A DNA stretch of 64,000 nt, taken from assembly GCA_964016885.1 (NCBI GenBank), contig OZ024742.1:3100001-3164000 (forward strand). Direction: 5' to 3'. The notes under the pieces are model-generated. The model did no database searches. It saw only the letters and a program-made list of their open reading frames with translations, and had not been told where the DNA came from. The DNA is from Eledone cirrhosa. Lineage: Eukaryota. Shown in pieces: positions 33,756-51,570 of the stretch (position 1 is the first letter of the stretch; every line of letters begins with the position of its first letter). The translations under genes and the position numbers were made by a program.

Positions 33756-36196
33756 ATACACACATGCATACATACATACATACATACAATCATACATACA
33801 TACATACATACATACATACATACATACATACATACATACAGACATACATACATGCTATATTTTATTCCCTGCGACTATTGTTTGACATATGAAACACAAC
33901 CATATATAGAGTATAGTATTAATACACTACACTATAGTATTAACACACTATACCACAGTATTAACCCACTACACTATTGTATTAACACACAACACTATAG
34001 TATTAACACTCTATACTGCAGTATTAACACACTACACTATAATATTAACAGACAACACTATAGTATTAACACACTACATTATAGTATAACACTCTACACT
34101 ATAGTATTAACACACTACACTATAGTATAACACACTACATTATGGTATTAACACACTACACTATAGTATTAACACAGAACTATAGTATGAACACATTACA
34201 CTATAGTATTAACACAGCAATATAGTATTAACACACTACACAATAGTATTAACACACTACACTATAATATTAACACACTACACTATAGTATAACACACTA
34301 CACTATAGTATTAACACACTACACTACAGTATTAACACACTACACTATAGTATTAACACACTATACTACAGTATTAACACACTACACTATTGTATTAACA
34401 CACAACACTATAGTATTAACACACTACATTATAGTATAACACACTACACTATAGTATTAACACGATACAATATAGTATTAACACACTACACTATAGTATT
34501 AACACACTACACTATAGTATTAACACACTATACTATAGTATTAACACACTACACTATAGTATTAACACACAACACTATAGTATTAATACACTACACTATA
34601 GTATAACACACTACACTATAGTATTAACACACTGCACTATAGTATAACACTCTTCACTATAGTATTAACACACTACAATATAGTATTAACACACTACACT
34701 ATAGTATAAACACACTACACTATATTATTAACACACTACACTATAGTATTAACATACAACACTATAGTATTAACGCACTACACTATAGTATATCACACTA
34801 CACTATTGTATTAACACACTACACTATAGTATTAACACACTACACTATAGTATTAAAACACTACACTATAGTATTAACACACTAGACTGTAGTATAACAC
34901 ACTACACTATAGTATTAACATACTACAATATAGTATTAACACGCTACATTATAGTATTACACACTACACTATAGTATTAACACACTACACTATAGTATTA
35001 ACACACAACACTATAGTAATAACACACTACACTATAGTATAACACACTACACTTTAGTATTAACACACAGCACTATCGTATTAACACACTACACTATAGT
35101 ATAACATACTACACTATAGTATTAACACACTACACTATAGTATAACACACTACACTATAGTATTAACACAACACTATATTATTAACACACTACACTAGAG
35201 TATTAGCCCACAACACTATTGTATTAACACACAACACTATAGTATGAACACAACACTATAGTATTAACATACTACAATATAGATTTAACACACTACAGTA
35301 TAGTATTAACACACTACAGTATAGTATTAACACACTACAATATAGTATTAGCACACTACACTATAGTATTAAGACACTACTCTATAGTATTAACAGACTA
35401 CAATATAGTATTAACACACTACATTATAGTATAACAAATTACACTATCGTATTAACACACTACACTACAGTATTAAGAAACTATACTACAGTATTAACAC
35501 ACTACACTATAGTATTAACACACAACACTATAGTATTAACACATTACACTATAGTATTAACACACTACACTATAGTATAACACACTACACTATAGTATTA
35601 ACACACTACACTCTAGTATTAACACACTATACTACAGTATTAACACACTACATTATTGTATTAACACACTACACTATAGTATTAACACACTACACTATAG
35701 TATTAACACACTATACTATAGTATAACACACTACACTATAGTATTAACACACTACACTCTAGTATTAACACACTATACTACAGTATTAACACACTACATT
35801 ATTGTATTAACACACTACACTATAGTATTAACACACTACACTATAGTATAACACACTACACTATAGTATTAACACACTACACTATAGTATTAACACACTA
35901 CACTATAGTATTAACACATTACACTATAGTATTAATACAGCACTATAGTATTAACACACTACACTATAGTATTAACACACTACACTATAGTATAACACAC
36001 TACACTATAGTATATAACACACTACATTACAGTGTTAACACACTACACTATAGTATTAACACACTATACTACAGTATTAACACACTACACTGTTGTATAA
36101 ACACACAACACTATAGTATTAACACACTACACTATAGTATTAACAAAATACACTATAGTATAACACACTACACTATAGTATTAACACACTATACTA

Positions 36197-36383
36197 GGGC
36201 GGTGGATTGGCAGTATCGGTAGAGGGTCGGACGCCCTGCTTTGCAGCATAGTTACGTCCCTTTACGATCTGAGTTCAAATCCCGCCGACGTTGACTTTGC
36301 CTTTCATCCTTACGAGGTCGATAAAATAAAGTACCAGTAATGCACTGGGTAAGGGCTGGCCTTGTGCCTAAAGTAGAAACAAT
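36197..36383 (+). mobile_element. tRNA-derived SINE inserted in the satellite
   Basis: A box TGGCAGTATCGG, B box GAGTTCAAATCC, then GACTTTGCCTTTCATCCTT..GAGGTCGATAAAATAAAGTACCAG, resembling the conserved central domain of mollusc/octopus SINEs. Confidence 0.85.
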
Positions 36384-39300
36384 TATAGTATAACACTCTG
36401 CACTATAGTATTAACACACTACACTATAGTATTAACACACTACACTATAGTATAACACACTACACTATAGTATTAACACACTACACTCAAGTATTAACAC
36501 ACTATACTACAGTATTAACACACTACACTATTGTATTAACACACAACACTATAGTATTAACACTCGATATTACAGTATTAACACACTACACTATAGTATT
36601 AACACACAACACTATAGTATTAACACACTACATTATAGTATAAAACTCTACACTATAGTATTAACACACTACACTATAGTATAATACACTATAGTATTAA
36701 CACACTACACTATAGTATAATACACTATAGTATTAACACACTACACTATAGTATTAACTCAAAATTATAGTATGAACACATTACACTATAGTATTAATAC
36801 AGCACTATAGTATTAACACACTACACTATAGTATTAACACACTACACTATAGTATTAACACACTACATTATAGTATAACACACTACACTATAGTATTAAC
36901 ACACTACATTACAGTGTTAACACACTACACTATAGGTTTAACACACTATACTACAGTATTAACACACTACACTATTGTATTAACACACAACACTATAGTA
37001 TTAACACACTACACTATAGTATTAACAACATACACTATAGTATAACACACTACACTATAGTATTAACACACTATACTATAGTATTAACACGCTACACTAT
37101 AGTATTAACACACTACATTGTAGTATTAACACACTACACTATATTATTAACACACTACATTGTAGTATTAACACACTACACTATAGTATTAACACACTAC
37201 ACTATAGTATAACACACTACACTATAGTATTAACACACTACACTACAATATTAACACACTACACAATAGTATTAACACACTAAACTACAGTACTAACACA
37301 CTACTCTATAGTATTAACACACTACATTGTAGTATTAACACACTACACTATAGTATTAACACACTACATTATAGTATAACACACTACACTATAGTATTAA
37401 CACACTACACTATACTATTAACACACATCACTATAGTATTAACACACATCACCACAGTATAACACAATACACTATCGTATTAACACACTAAATTATAGTA
37501 TAACACAATACACTATAGTATTAACACAACACTATAGTATCAACACAATACAATATAGTATTAACACACTACACTATAGTATTAACACACTACACTATAG
37601 TATTAACACACTAAACTATAGTATTATCACACTACACTGTAGTATTAACACACAACACTATAGTATTAACAAACTACACTTTAGTATAACACACTACACT
37701 ATAGTATTAACACACTACACTATAGTATAACACACTTCACTATAGTATTAACACACTACAATATAGTATTAACACACTACAATATAGTATTAACACACTA
37801 CACTATATTATTAACACACTAAACTATAGTATTAACACACTACACTATAGTATATACACACTACACTATATTATTAACACACAGCACTATAGTATTAACA
37901 CACTTCACTACAGTACAATACACTGCACTATCGTATTAACACATTAAACTATAGTATAACACACTACACTATAGTATTAACACACTACACTATATTATTA
38001 ACAAAATACACTATAGTATAACACACTACACTATAGTATTAACACACTATACTATAGTATTAACACGCTACACTATAGTATTAACACACTACATTGTAGT
38101 ATTAACACACTACACTATAGTATTAACACACTACACTATAGTATAACACACAACACTATAGTAATAACACACTACACTACAATATTAACACACTACACAA
38201 TAGTATTAACACACTAAACTACAGTACTAACACACTACACTATAGTATTAACACACTAAACTAGAGTATAACACACTACACTATAGTATTAACACACTAC
38301 ATTATAGTATAACACACTACACTATAGTATTAACACACTACACTATAGTATAACACACTACATTATAGTATGACACACTACACTAAAGTATTAACACACT
38401 ACACTGTAGTATTAACACACATCACTATAGTATTAACACACTTCACCACAGTATAACACAATACACTATCGTATTAACACACTAAACTAGAGTATAACAC
38501 ACTACACTATAGTATTAACACAACACTATAGTATCAACACACAACACTATAGTATTAACACACTAAACTATAGTATTAACACACTACACTGTAGTATTAA
38601 CACACAACACTATAGTATTAACAAACTACACTATAGTATAACACACTACACTATAGTATTAACACACTACACTATAGTATAACACACTTCACTATAGTAT
38701 TAACACACTACAATATAGTTTTAACACACTACACTATAGTATTAACACACTACACTATATTATTAACACACTACAGTATAGTATTAACACACAACACTAT
38801 AGTATTAACACACTACACTATAGTATATCACACTACACTATTGTATTAACACACTACACTATAGCATTAACACACTAAACTATAGTATTAACACACTACA
38901 CTATAGTATAAACACACTACACTATAGTATTAACACACAGCACTATAGTATTAACACACTTCACTACAGTACAACACACTACACTATCGTATTAACACAT
39001 TAGACTATAGTATAACACACTACACTATAGTATTAACACACTACATTGTAGAATTAACACACTACACTATAGTATTAATACACTACACTATAGTATTTAC
39101 ACACAACATTATAGTATTAACACACTACACTAGAGTATAACACACTACACTATAGTATTAACACACTACAATATAGTATTAACACACTACACTATAGTAT
39201 AACACATTACACTCTAGTATTAACACACTACACTATATTATTAAGACACTGAACTATAGTATTAACTGACAACACTAGAGTATAACACACTACACTATTG

Positions 39301-42300
39301 TATTAACACACTACACTATAGTAATAACATACAACACTATAGTATTAACACCCTACATTATAGTATTAACACACAACACTATAGTATTAATACAATACAC
39401 TATAGTATTAACACACTACACTATAGTATTAACAAACTACACTATAGTATAACACATTACACTCTAGTATAAACACACTACACTATAGGATTAACACACT
39501 ACATTATATTATTACTCACTACACTATAGTATTAACACACTACACTATAGTATTAACACACTACAATATAGTATTAACACACTACACTATAGTATTAACA
39601 CACTACACTATATTATTAAGACACTGATCTATAGTATGAACTCACAACACTAGAGTATAACACACTACACTATTGTATTAACACACTACACTATAGTATT
39701 AACACAATACACTATAGTATTAACACACTACACTATAGTATTAACAAACTACACTAAAGTATAACACATTACACTCTAGTATTAACACACTTCACTATAG
39801 GTTTAACACACTACATTATATTATTACTCACTACACTATAGTATTAACACACTACACTATAGTATAACACACTACACTATAGTAGTAACGCACTACACTA
39901 TAGTGTTAACACACTACACTATAGTATTAACATGGTAAACTATAGTATTAACACACAACACTATAGTATTAACACACTACATTATAGTATAACATACTAC
40001 ACTATAGTATTAAAATAATACACTATAGTATAACACACTACACTATAGTATTAACAAACTACACTATAGTATTAACACACTACATTATAGTATAACAAAT
40101 TACACTATCGTATTAACACACTACACCAGAGTATTAATACACTATACTACAGTATTAACACACTACCCTATAGTATTAACACACAACACTATAGTATTAA
40201 TACACTACACTATAGTATTAACACACTACACTATAGTATTAACACTCTACATTATAGTATAACACACTACACTATAGTATTAACACACTATACTACAGTA
40301 TTAACACACTACACTATTATATTAACACACAACACTATAGTATTAACACAGTACACTATAGTATTTACACACTACACTATAGTATAACACACTACATTAT
40401 AGTATAACACACTACACTATAGTATTAACACACTACATTGTAGTATTAACACACTACACTATAGTATTAACACACTACACTATAGTATAACACACTACAC
40501 TATAGTATTAACACACTACACTACAATAATTACACACTACACTATAGTATTAACACACTAAACTACAGTACTTACACACTACACTATAGTATTAACACAC
40601 AGCACTATAGTATTAACACACTACATTATAGTATAACACACTACACTATAGTATTAACACACTACACTATACTATTAACACACATCACTATAGTATTAAC
40701 ACACTACAATATAGTATAACACAGTTCACTATAGTATTAACACACTACAACATAGTATTAACACACTACACTATAGTATTAACACACCTCACTATAATAT
40801 TAACACACTACACTATAGTATTAACACACAACACTATAGTATTAACACACTACACTATAGTATAAACACACTACACTGTAGTATAACACACAACACTATA
40901 ATATTAACACACTACACTATAGTATTAACACACTACACTATAGTATTAACACACTACACTATAGGATTAACACACAGCACTATAGTATTAACACACTTCA
41001 CTACAGTACAACACACTACACTATCGTATTAACACACTAAACTATAGTATAACACACTCCACTATAGTATTAACACACTACACTATAGTATTAACACAAT
41101 ACAATATAGTATTAACACACTACACTACAGTATAACACACTACACTATAATATTAACACATTATACTTTAGTATTAACACAATACACTATAGTATTTACA
41201 CACAACATTATAGTATTAACACATTACACTATAGTATAACACACTACAGTATATATTTTTAACACACTACACTAGCGTATAACACACTACACTATAGTAT
41301 TAACACATTACAATATAGTATTAACACACTACACTATAGTATTAACACACTACACTATATTATTAAGAAACTACACTATAGTATTAAATCAAAACTATAG
41401 TATGAACACATTACACTATAGTATTAATACAGCACTATAGTATTAACACACTACACTATAGTATTAACACACTACACTATAGTATTAACACACTACACTA
41501 TAGTATGACTCACTACACTATAGTATTAACACACTACATTACAGTGTTAACACACTACACTATAGTATTAACACACTATACTACAGTATTAACACACTAC
41601 ACTATTGTATTAACACACAACACTATAGTATTAACAAAATACACTATAGTATAACACACTACACTATAGTATTAACACACTATACTATAGTATTAACACG
41701 CGACACTATAGTATTAACACACTACATTGTAGTATTAACACACTACACTATAGTATTAACACACTACACTATAGTATAACACACTACACTATAGTAATAA
41801 CACACTACACTACAATATTAACACACTACACAATAGTATTAACACACTAAACTACAGTACTAACACACTACACTATAGTATTAACACACTACATTATAGT
41901 ATTAACACACTACACTATAGTATAACACACTAGAGTATATATTATTAACACACTACACTAGCGTATAACACACTACACTATAGTATAACACACTACATTA
42001 TAGTATAACACACTACACTATAGTATTAACACACTACATTATAGTATTACACACTACACTATAGTATTAACACACTACACTATATTATTAACACACTACA
42101 GTATAGTATTAACACACAACACTATAGTATTAACACAATACACTATAGTATATCACACTACACTATTGTATTAACACACTACACTATAGTATTAACACAC
42201 TACACTATATTATTAAGACACTGAACTATAGTATTAACTCACAACACTAGAGTATAATACACTACACTATTGTATTAACACACTACACTATAGTATTAAC

Positions 42301-42671
42301 ACACTACATTGTAGTATTAACACACTTCACTACAGTACAACACACTACACTATCGTATTAACACATTAGACTATAGTATAACACACTACACTATAGTATT
42401 AACACACAACACTATAGTATTAACACACTACACTATAGTATTAACACAAAACACTATAGTATTAACACAATACACTATTGTATTAACACACTACACTATA
42501 GTATTAACAAACTACACTATAGTATAACACATTACACTCTAGTATTAACACACTACACTATAGGATTAACACACTACATTATATTATTACTCACTACACT
42601 ATAGTATTAACACACTACACTATAGTATTAACACACTACAATATAGTATTAACACACTACACTATAGTATT

Positions 42672-45600
42672 AACACACTACACTATATTATTAAGACACT
42701 GAACTATAGTATTAACACACAACACTAGAGTATAACACACTACACTATTGTATTAACACACTACACTATAGTATTAACACAATACACTATAGTATTAACA
42801 CACTACACTATAGTATTAACAAACTACACTATAGTATAACACATTACACTCTAGTATTAACACACTTCACTATAGGATTAACACACTACATTATATTATT
42901 ACTCACTACACTATAGTATTAACACACTACACTATAGTATAACACACTACACTATAGTATTAACGCACTACACTATAGTATTAACACACTACACTATAGT
43001 ATTAACATGGTAAACTATAGTATTAACACACAACACTATAGTATTAACACACTACATTATAGTATAACATACTACACTATAGTATTAAAACAATACACTA
43101 TAGTATAATACACTACACTATAGTATTAACAAACTACACTATAGTATTAACACACTACATTATAGTATAACAAATTACACTATCGTATTAACACACTACA
43201 CCAGAGTATTAATACACTATACTACAGTATTAACACACTACTCTATAGTATTAACACACAACACTATAGTATTAACACACTACATTATAGTATAACACAC
43301 TACACTATAGTATTACCACACTACACTATAGTATAACACACTACACTATAGTATTAACACACTACACTATAGTATTAACACTCTACATTATAGTATAACA
43401 CACTACACTATAGTATTAACACACTATACTACAGTATTAACACACTACACTATTATATTAACACACAACACTATAGTATTAACACACTACACTATAGTAT
43501 TAACACACTACACTATAGTATAACACACTACATTATAGTATAACACACTACACTATAGTATTAACACACTACATTGTAGTATTAACACACTACACTATAG
43601 TATTAACACACTACACTATAGTATAACACACTACACTATAGTATTAACACACTACACTACAATATTAACACACTACACTATAGTATTAACACACTACACT
43701 ATAGTATTAACACTCTACATTATAGTATAACACACTACACTATAGTATTAACACACTATACTACAGTATTAACACACTACACTATTATATTAACACACAA
43801 CACTATAGTATTAACACACTACACTATAGTATTAACACACTACACTATAGTATAACACACTACATTATAGTATAACACACTACACTATAGTATTAACACA
43901 CTACATTGTAGTATTAACACACTACACTATAGTATTAACACACTACACTATAGTATAACACACTACACTATAGTATTAACACACTAAACTACAGTACTTA
44001 CACACTACACTATAGTATTAACACACAGCACTATAGTATTAACACACTACATTATAGTATAACACACTACCCTATAGTATTAACACACTACACTATAGTA
44101 TTAACACACAACACTATAGTATTAACACACTACACTATAGTATAAACACGCTACACTGTAGTATAACACACAACACTATGATATTAACACACTACACTAT
44201 AGTATTAACACACTACACTATAGTATTAACACAATACACTATAGGATTAACACACAGCACTATAGTATTAACACACTTCACTACAGTACAACACACTACA
44301 CTATCGTATTTACACACTAAACTATAGTATAACACACTCCACTATAGTATTAACACACTACACTATAGTATTAACACAATACAATATATTATTAACACAC
44401 TACACTACAGTATAACTCACTACACTATAATATTAACACATTATACTTTAGTATTAACACAATACACTATAGTATTTACACACAACATTATAGTATTAAC
44501 ACACTACACTATAGTATAACATACTACAGTATATATTATTAACACACTACACTAGCGTATAACACACTACACTATAGTATTAACACATTACAATATAGTA
44601 TTAACACACTACACTATAGTATTAACACACTAAACTATATTATTAAGAAACTACACTATAGTATTAACTCACAACACTATAGTATTAACACACTACACTA
44701 GATTATAACACACTACACTATTGTATTAACAAACTACACTATAGTAGTAACACACTACACTATAGTATTAACACACTAAACTATAGTATTAACACACGAC
44801 ACTATAGTAGTAACACAATTCAATATAGTATTAACACACTACTCTATAGTATTAGCACACTACACTATAGTATTAACACACTACACTATAGTATAACACA
44901 CTTCACTATAGTATTAACACACTACACTATAGTATAACACACTTCACTATAGTATTAACACACTACAATATAGTATTAACACACTACATTATAGTATAAA
45001 CACACTACACTGTAGTATAACACACAACGCTATAATATTAACACACTACACTATAGTATTAACACACTACACTATAGGATTAACACACACCACTATAGTA
45101 TTAACAAATTTCACTACAGTACAACACACTACACTATAGTATTAACACACTACACTATAGTATTAACACAATACAATATAGTATTAACACACTACACTAC
45201 AGTGTAACACACTACACTATAATATTAACACGTTACACTTTAGTATTAACACAATACACTATAGTATTTACACACAACATTATAGTATTAACACACTACA
45301 CTATAGTATAACACACTAGAGTATATATTATTAACACACTACACTAGCGTATAACCTACTACACTATAGTATTAACACATTACAATATAGTATTAACACA
45401 CTACACTATAGTATTAACCCACTACACTATATTATTAACACACTACACTATATTATTAACACACTACACTATAGTATTAACACACTACACTACTGTATTA
45501 ACACACTACACTATAATATTAACACAATATACTACAGTATTAACACACTACACTGTAGTAATAACACACAACACTATAGTACTAACACACTACATTATAG

Positions 45601-48600
45601 TATAACGCACTACACTATAGTATTAACACAACTACACTATAGTATTAACACACATCGCTATAGTATTAACACACGTCACCACACTATAACACACTACACT
45701 ATAGTATTAACACAAGACTATAGTATTAACACAATATAATATAGTATTAACACGCTACACTATAGTATTAACACACTACACTATAGTATTAACAGACTAC
45801 ACTATAGTATTAACACACTACACAATAGTATTAACACACAACACTATAGTATTAACCCACTACACTATAGTATAAAATACTACACTATTGTATTAACACA
45901 CTACACTATAGTATAACACACTTCACTATAGTATTAACACACTACAATATATTATTAACACACTACACTATAGTATTAACACACTACACTATACTATTAC
46001 CACACTACACTGTAGTATAACACACTACACTATAATATTAACACACTACACTATAGTATTAACATACTACACTATAGTATTAACACACTACACTATAGTA
46101 TTAACACACTACACTGTAGTATTAACACACTACACGATAGTATTAACACACAACACTATAGTATAACACACTACACTATAGTATTAACACACTACACTAT
46201 AGTGTTAACACACTATACTACAGTATTAACACACTACACTATAGTATTAACACACTACACTATAGTATTAACACACTATACTACAGTATTAACACACTAC
46301 ACTATAGTATTAACACAATATACTACAGTATTAACACACTACACTATAGTACTAACACACTAACCTACAGTATAACACACTACATTATAGTATAACACAC
46401 TTCACTATAATATTAACACAGTACACTATAGTATAACACACAACACTTTAGTATTAACACACTGCATTATACTATAACACGCTACACTATAGTATTAACA
46501 CACTACACTATAGTATAACACACTACATTATAGTATGACACACTACACTATAGTATTAACACACTACATTGTAGTATTAACACACTACACTATAATATTA
46601 ACACACTACACTATAGTATAACACACAACACTTTAGTATTAACACACTGCATTATACTATAACACGCTACACTATAGTATTAACACACTACACTATAGTA
46701 TAACACACTACATTATAGTATGACACACTGCACTATAGTATTAACACACTACATTGTAGTATTAACACACTACACTATAATATTAACACACTACACTATA
46801 GTATAACACACTACACTATAGTAATAACACACTACAATACTGTATTAACACACTACACTATAGTATTAACAAATTACACTATAGTATAACACACTACACT
46901 ATAGTATTAACACACTTCACTACAGTATTAACACACTACACTATAGCATTAACACAATATACTACAGTATTAACACACTACACTATAGTATTAACACACT
47001 AACCTACAGTATAACACACTACATTATAGTATAACACACTTCACTATAGTATTAACACACTATACTATAGTATTAACACTCTACACTATAGTATTAACAC
47101 ACTACACTATAGAATAACACACTACACTATATTATTAAGACACTGAACTATAGTATTAACACACAACACTAGAGTATAACACACTACACTATTGTATTAA
47201 CACACTACACTATAGTATTAACACAATACACTATAGTATTAACACACTACACTATAGTATTAACAAACTACACTATAGTATAACACATTACACTCTAGTA
47301 TTAACACACTTCACTATAGGATTAACACACTACATTATATTATTACTCACTACACTATAGTATTAACACACTACACTATAGTATAACACACTACACTATA
47401 GTATTAACGCACTACACTATAGTATTAACACACTACACTATAGTATTAACATGGTAAACTATAGTATTAACACACAACACTATAGTATTAACACACTACA
47501 TTATAGTATAACATACTACACTATAGTATTAAAACAATACACTATAGTATAATACACTACACTATAGTATTAACAAACTACACTATAGTATTAACACACT
47601 ACATTATAGTATAACAAATTACACTATCGTATTAACACACTACACCAGAGTATTAATACACTATACTACAGTATTAACACACTACTCTATAGTATTAACA
47701 CACAACACTATAGTATTAACACACTACATTATAGTATAACACACTACACTATAGTATTACCACACTACACTATAGTATAACACACTACACTATAGTATTA
47801 ACACACTACACTATAGTATTAACACTCTACATTATAGTATAACACACTACACTATAGTATTAACACACTATACTACAGTATTAACACACTACACTATTAT
47901 ATTAACACACAACACTATAGTATTAACACACTACACTATAGTATTAACACACTACACTATAGTATAACACACTACATTATAGTATAACACACTACACTAT
48001 AGTATTAACACACTACATTGTAGTATTAACACACTACACTATAGTATTAACACACTACACTATAGTATAACACACTACACTATAGTATTAACACACTACA
48101 CTACAATATTAACACACTACACTATAGTATTAACACACTACACTATAGTATTAACACTCTACATTATAGTATAACACACTACACTATAGTATTAACACAC
48201 TATACTACAGTATTAACACACTACACTATTATATTAACACACAACACTATAGTATTAACACACTACACTATAGTATTAACACACTACACTATAGTATAAC
48301 ACACTACATTATAGTATAACACACTACACTATAGTATTAACACACTACATTGTAGTATTAACACACTACACTATAGTATTAACACACTACACTATAGTAT
48401 AACACACTACACTATAGTATTAACACACTAAACTACAGTACTTACACACTACACTATAGTATTAACACACAGCACTATAGTATTAACACACTACATTATA
48501 GTATAACACACTACCCTATAGTATTAACACACTACACTATAGTATTAACACACAACACTATAGTATTAACACACTACACTATAGTATAAACACGCTACAC

Positions 48601-51570
48601 TGTAGTATAACACACAACACTATGATATTAACACACTACACTATAGTATTAACACACTACACTATAGTATTAACACAATACACTATAGGATTAACACACA
48701 GCACTATAGTATTAACACACTTCACTACAGTACAACACACTACACTATCGTATTTACACACTAAACTATAGTATAACACACTCCACTATAGTATTAACAC
48801 ACTACACTATAGTATTAACACAATACAATATATTATTAACACACTACACTACAGTATAACTCACTACACTATAATATTAACACATTATACTTTAGTATTA
48901 ACACAATACACTATAGTATTTACACACAACATTATAGTATTAACACACTACACTATAGTATAACATACTACAGTATATATTATTAACACACTACACTAGC
49001 GTATAACACACTACACTATAGTATTAACACATTACAATATAGTATTAACACACTACACTATAGTATTAACACACTAAACTATATTATTAAGAAACTACAC
49101 TATAGTATTAACTCACAACACTATAGTATTAACACACTACACTAGATTATAACACACTACACTATTGTATTAACAAACTACACTATAGTAGTAACACACT
49201 ACACTATAGTATTAACACACTAAACTATAGTATTAACACACGACACTATAGTAGTAACACAATTCAATATAGTATTAACACACTACTCTATAGTATTAGC
49301 ACACTACACTATAGTATTAACACACTACACTATAGTATAACACACTTCACTATAGTATTAACACACTACACTATAGTATAACACACTTCACTATAGTATT
49401 AACACACTACAATATAGTATTAACACACTACATTATAGTATAAACACACTACACTGTAGTATAACACACAACGCTATAATATTAACACACTACACTATAG
49501 TATTAACACACTACACTATAGGATTAACACACACCACTATAGTATTAACAAATTTCACTACAGTACAACACACTACACTATAGTATTAACACACTACACT
49601 ATAGTATTAACACAATACAATATAGTATTAACACACTACACTACAGTGTAACACACTACACTATAATATTAACACGTTACACTTTAGTATTAACACAATA
49701 CACTATAGTATTTACACACAACATTATAGTATTAACACACTACACTATAGTATAACACACTAGAGTATATATTATTAACACACTACACTAGCGTATAACA
49801 CACTACACTATAGTATTAACACATTACAATATAGTATTAACACACTACACTATAGTATTAACCCACTACACTATATTATTAACACACTACACTATATTAT
49901 TAACACACTACACTATAGTATTAACACACTACACTACTGTATTAACACACTACACTATAATATTAACACAATATACTACAGTATTAACACACTACACTGT
50001 AGTAATAACACACAACACTATAGTACTAACACACTACATTATAGTATAACGCACTACACTATAGTATTAACACAACTACACTATAGTATTAACACACATC
50101 GCTATAGTATTAACACACGTCACCACACTATAACACACTACACTATAGTATTAACACAAGACTATAGTATTAACACAATATAATATAGTATTAACACGCT
50201 ACACTATAGTATTAACACACTACACTATAGTATTAACAGACTACACTATAGTATTAACACACTACACAATAGTATTAACACACAACACTATAGTATTAAC
50301 CCACTACACTATAGTATAAAATACTACACTATTGTATTAACACACTACACTATAGTATAACACACTTCACTATAGTATTAACACACTACAATATATTATT
50401 AACACACTACACTATAGTATTAACACACTACACTATACTATTACCACACTACACTGTAGTATAACACACTACACTATAATATTAACACACTACACTATAG
50501 TATTAACATACTACACTATAGTATTAACACACTACACTATAGTATTAACACACTACACTGTAGTATTAACACACTACACGATAGTATTAACACACAACAC
50601 TATAGTATAACACACTACACTATAGTATTAACACACTACACTATAGTGTTAACACACTATACTACAGTATTAACACACTACACTATAGTATTAACACACT
50701 ACACTATAGTATTAACACACTATACTACAGTATTAACACACTACACTATAGTATTAACACAATATACTACAGTATTAACACACTACACTATAGTACTAAC
50801 ACACTAACCTACAGTATAACACACTACATTATAGTATAACACACTTCACTATAATATTAACACAGTACACTATAGTATAACACACAACACTTTAGTATTA
50901 ACACACTGCATTATACTATAACACGCTACACTATAGTATTAACACACTACACTATAGTATAACACACTACATTATAGTATGACACACTACACTATAGTAT
51001 TAACACACTACATTGTAGTATTAACACACTACACTATAATATTAACACACTACACTATAGTATAACACACAACACTTTAGTATTAACACACTGCATTATA
51101 CTATAACACGCTACACTATAGTATTAACACACTACACTATAGTATAACACACTACATTATAGTATGACACACTGCACTATAGTATTAACACACTACATTG
51201 TAGTATTAACACACTACACTATAATATTAACACACTACACTATAGTATAACACACTACACTATAGTAATAACACACTACAATACTGTATTAACACACTAC
51301 ACTATAGTATTAACAAATTACACTATAGTATAACACACTACACTATAGTATTAACACACTTCACTACAGTATTAACACACTACACTATAGCATTAACACA
51401 ATATACTACAGTATTAACACACTACACTATAGTATTAACACACTAACCTACAGTATAACACACTACATTATAGTATAACACACTTCACTATAGTATTAAC
51501 ACACTATACTATAGTATTAACACTCTACACTATAGTATTAACACACTACACTATAGAATAACACACTACA
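42672..51570. repeat. 4444-bp near-identical tandem higher-order duplication within the satellite
   Basis: Diagnostic variants recur at +4444: atggtaaac 43007/47451, cgac 44797/49241, aagact 45714/50158, agaata 47111/51555. Confidence 0.9.
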
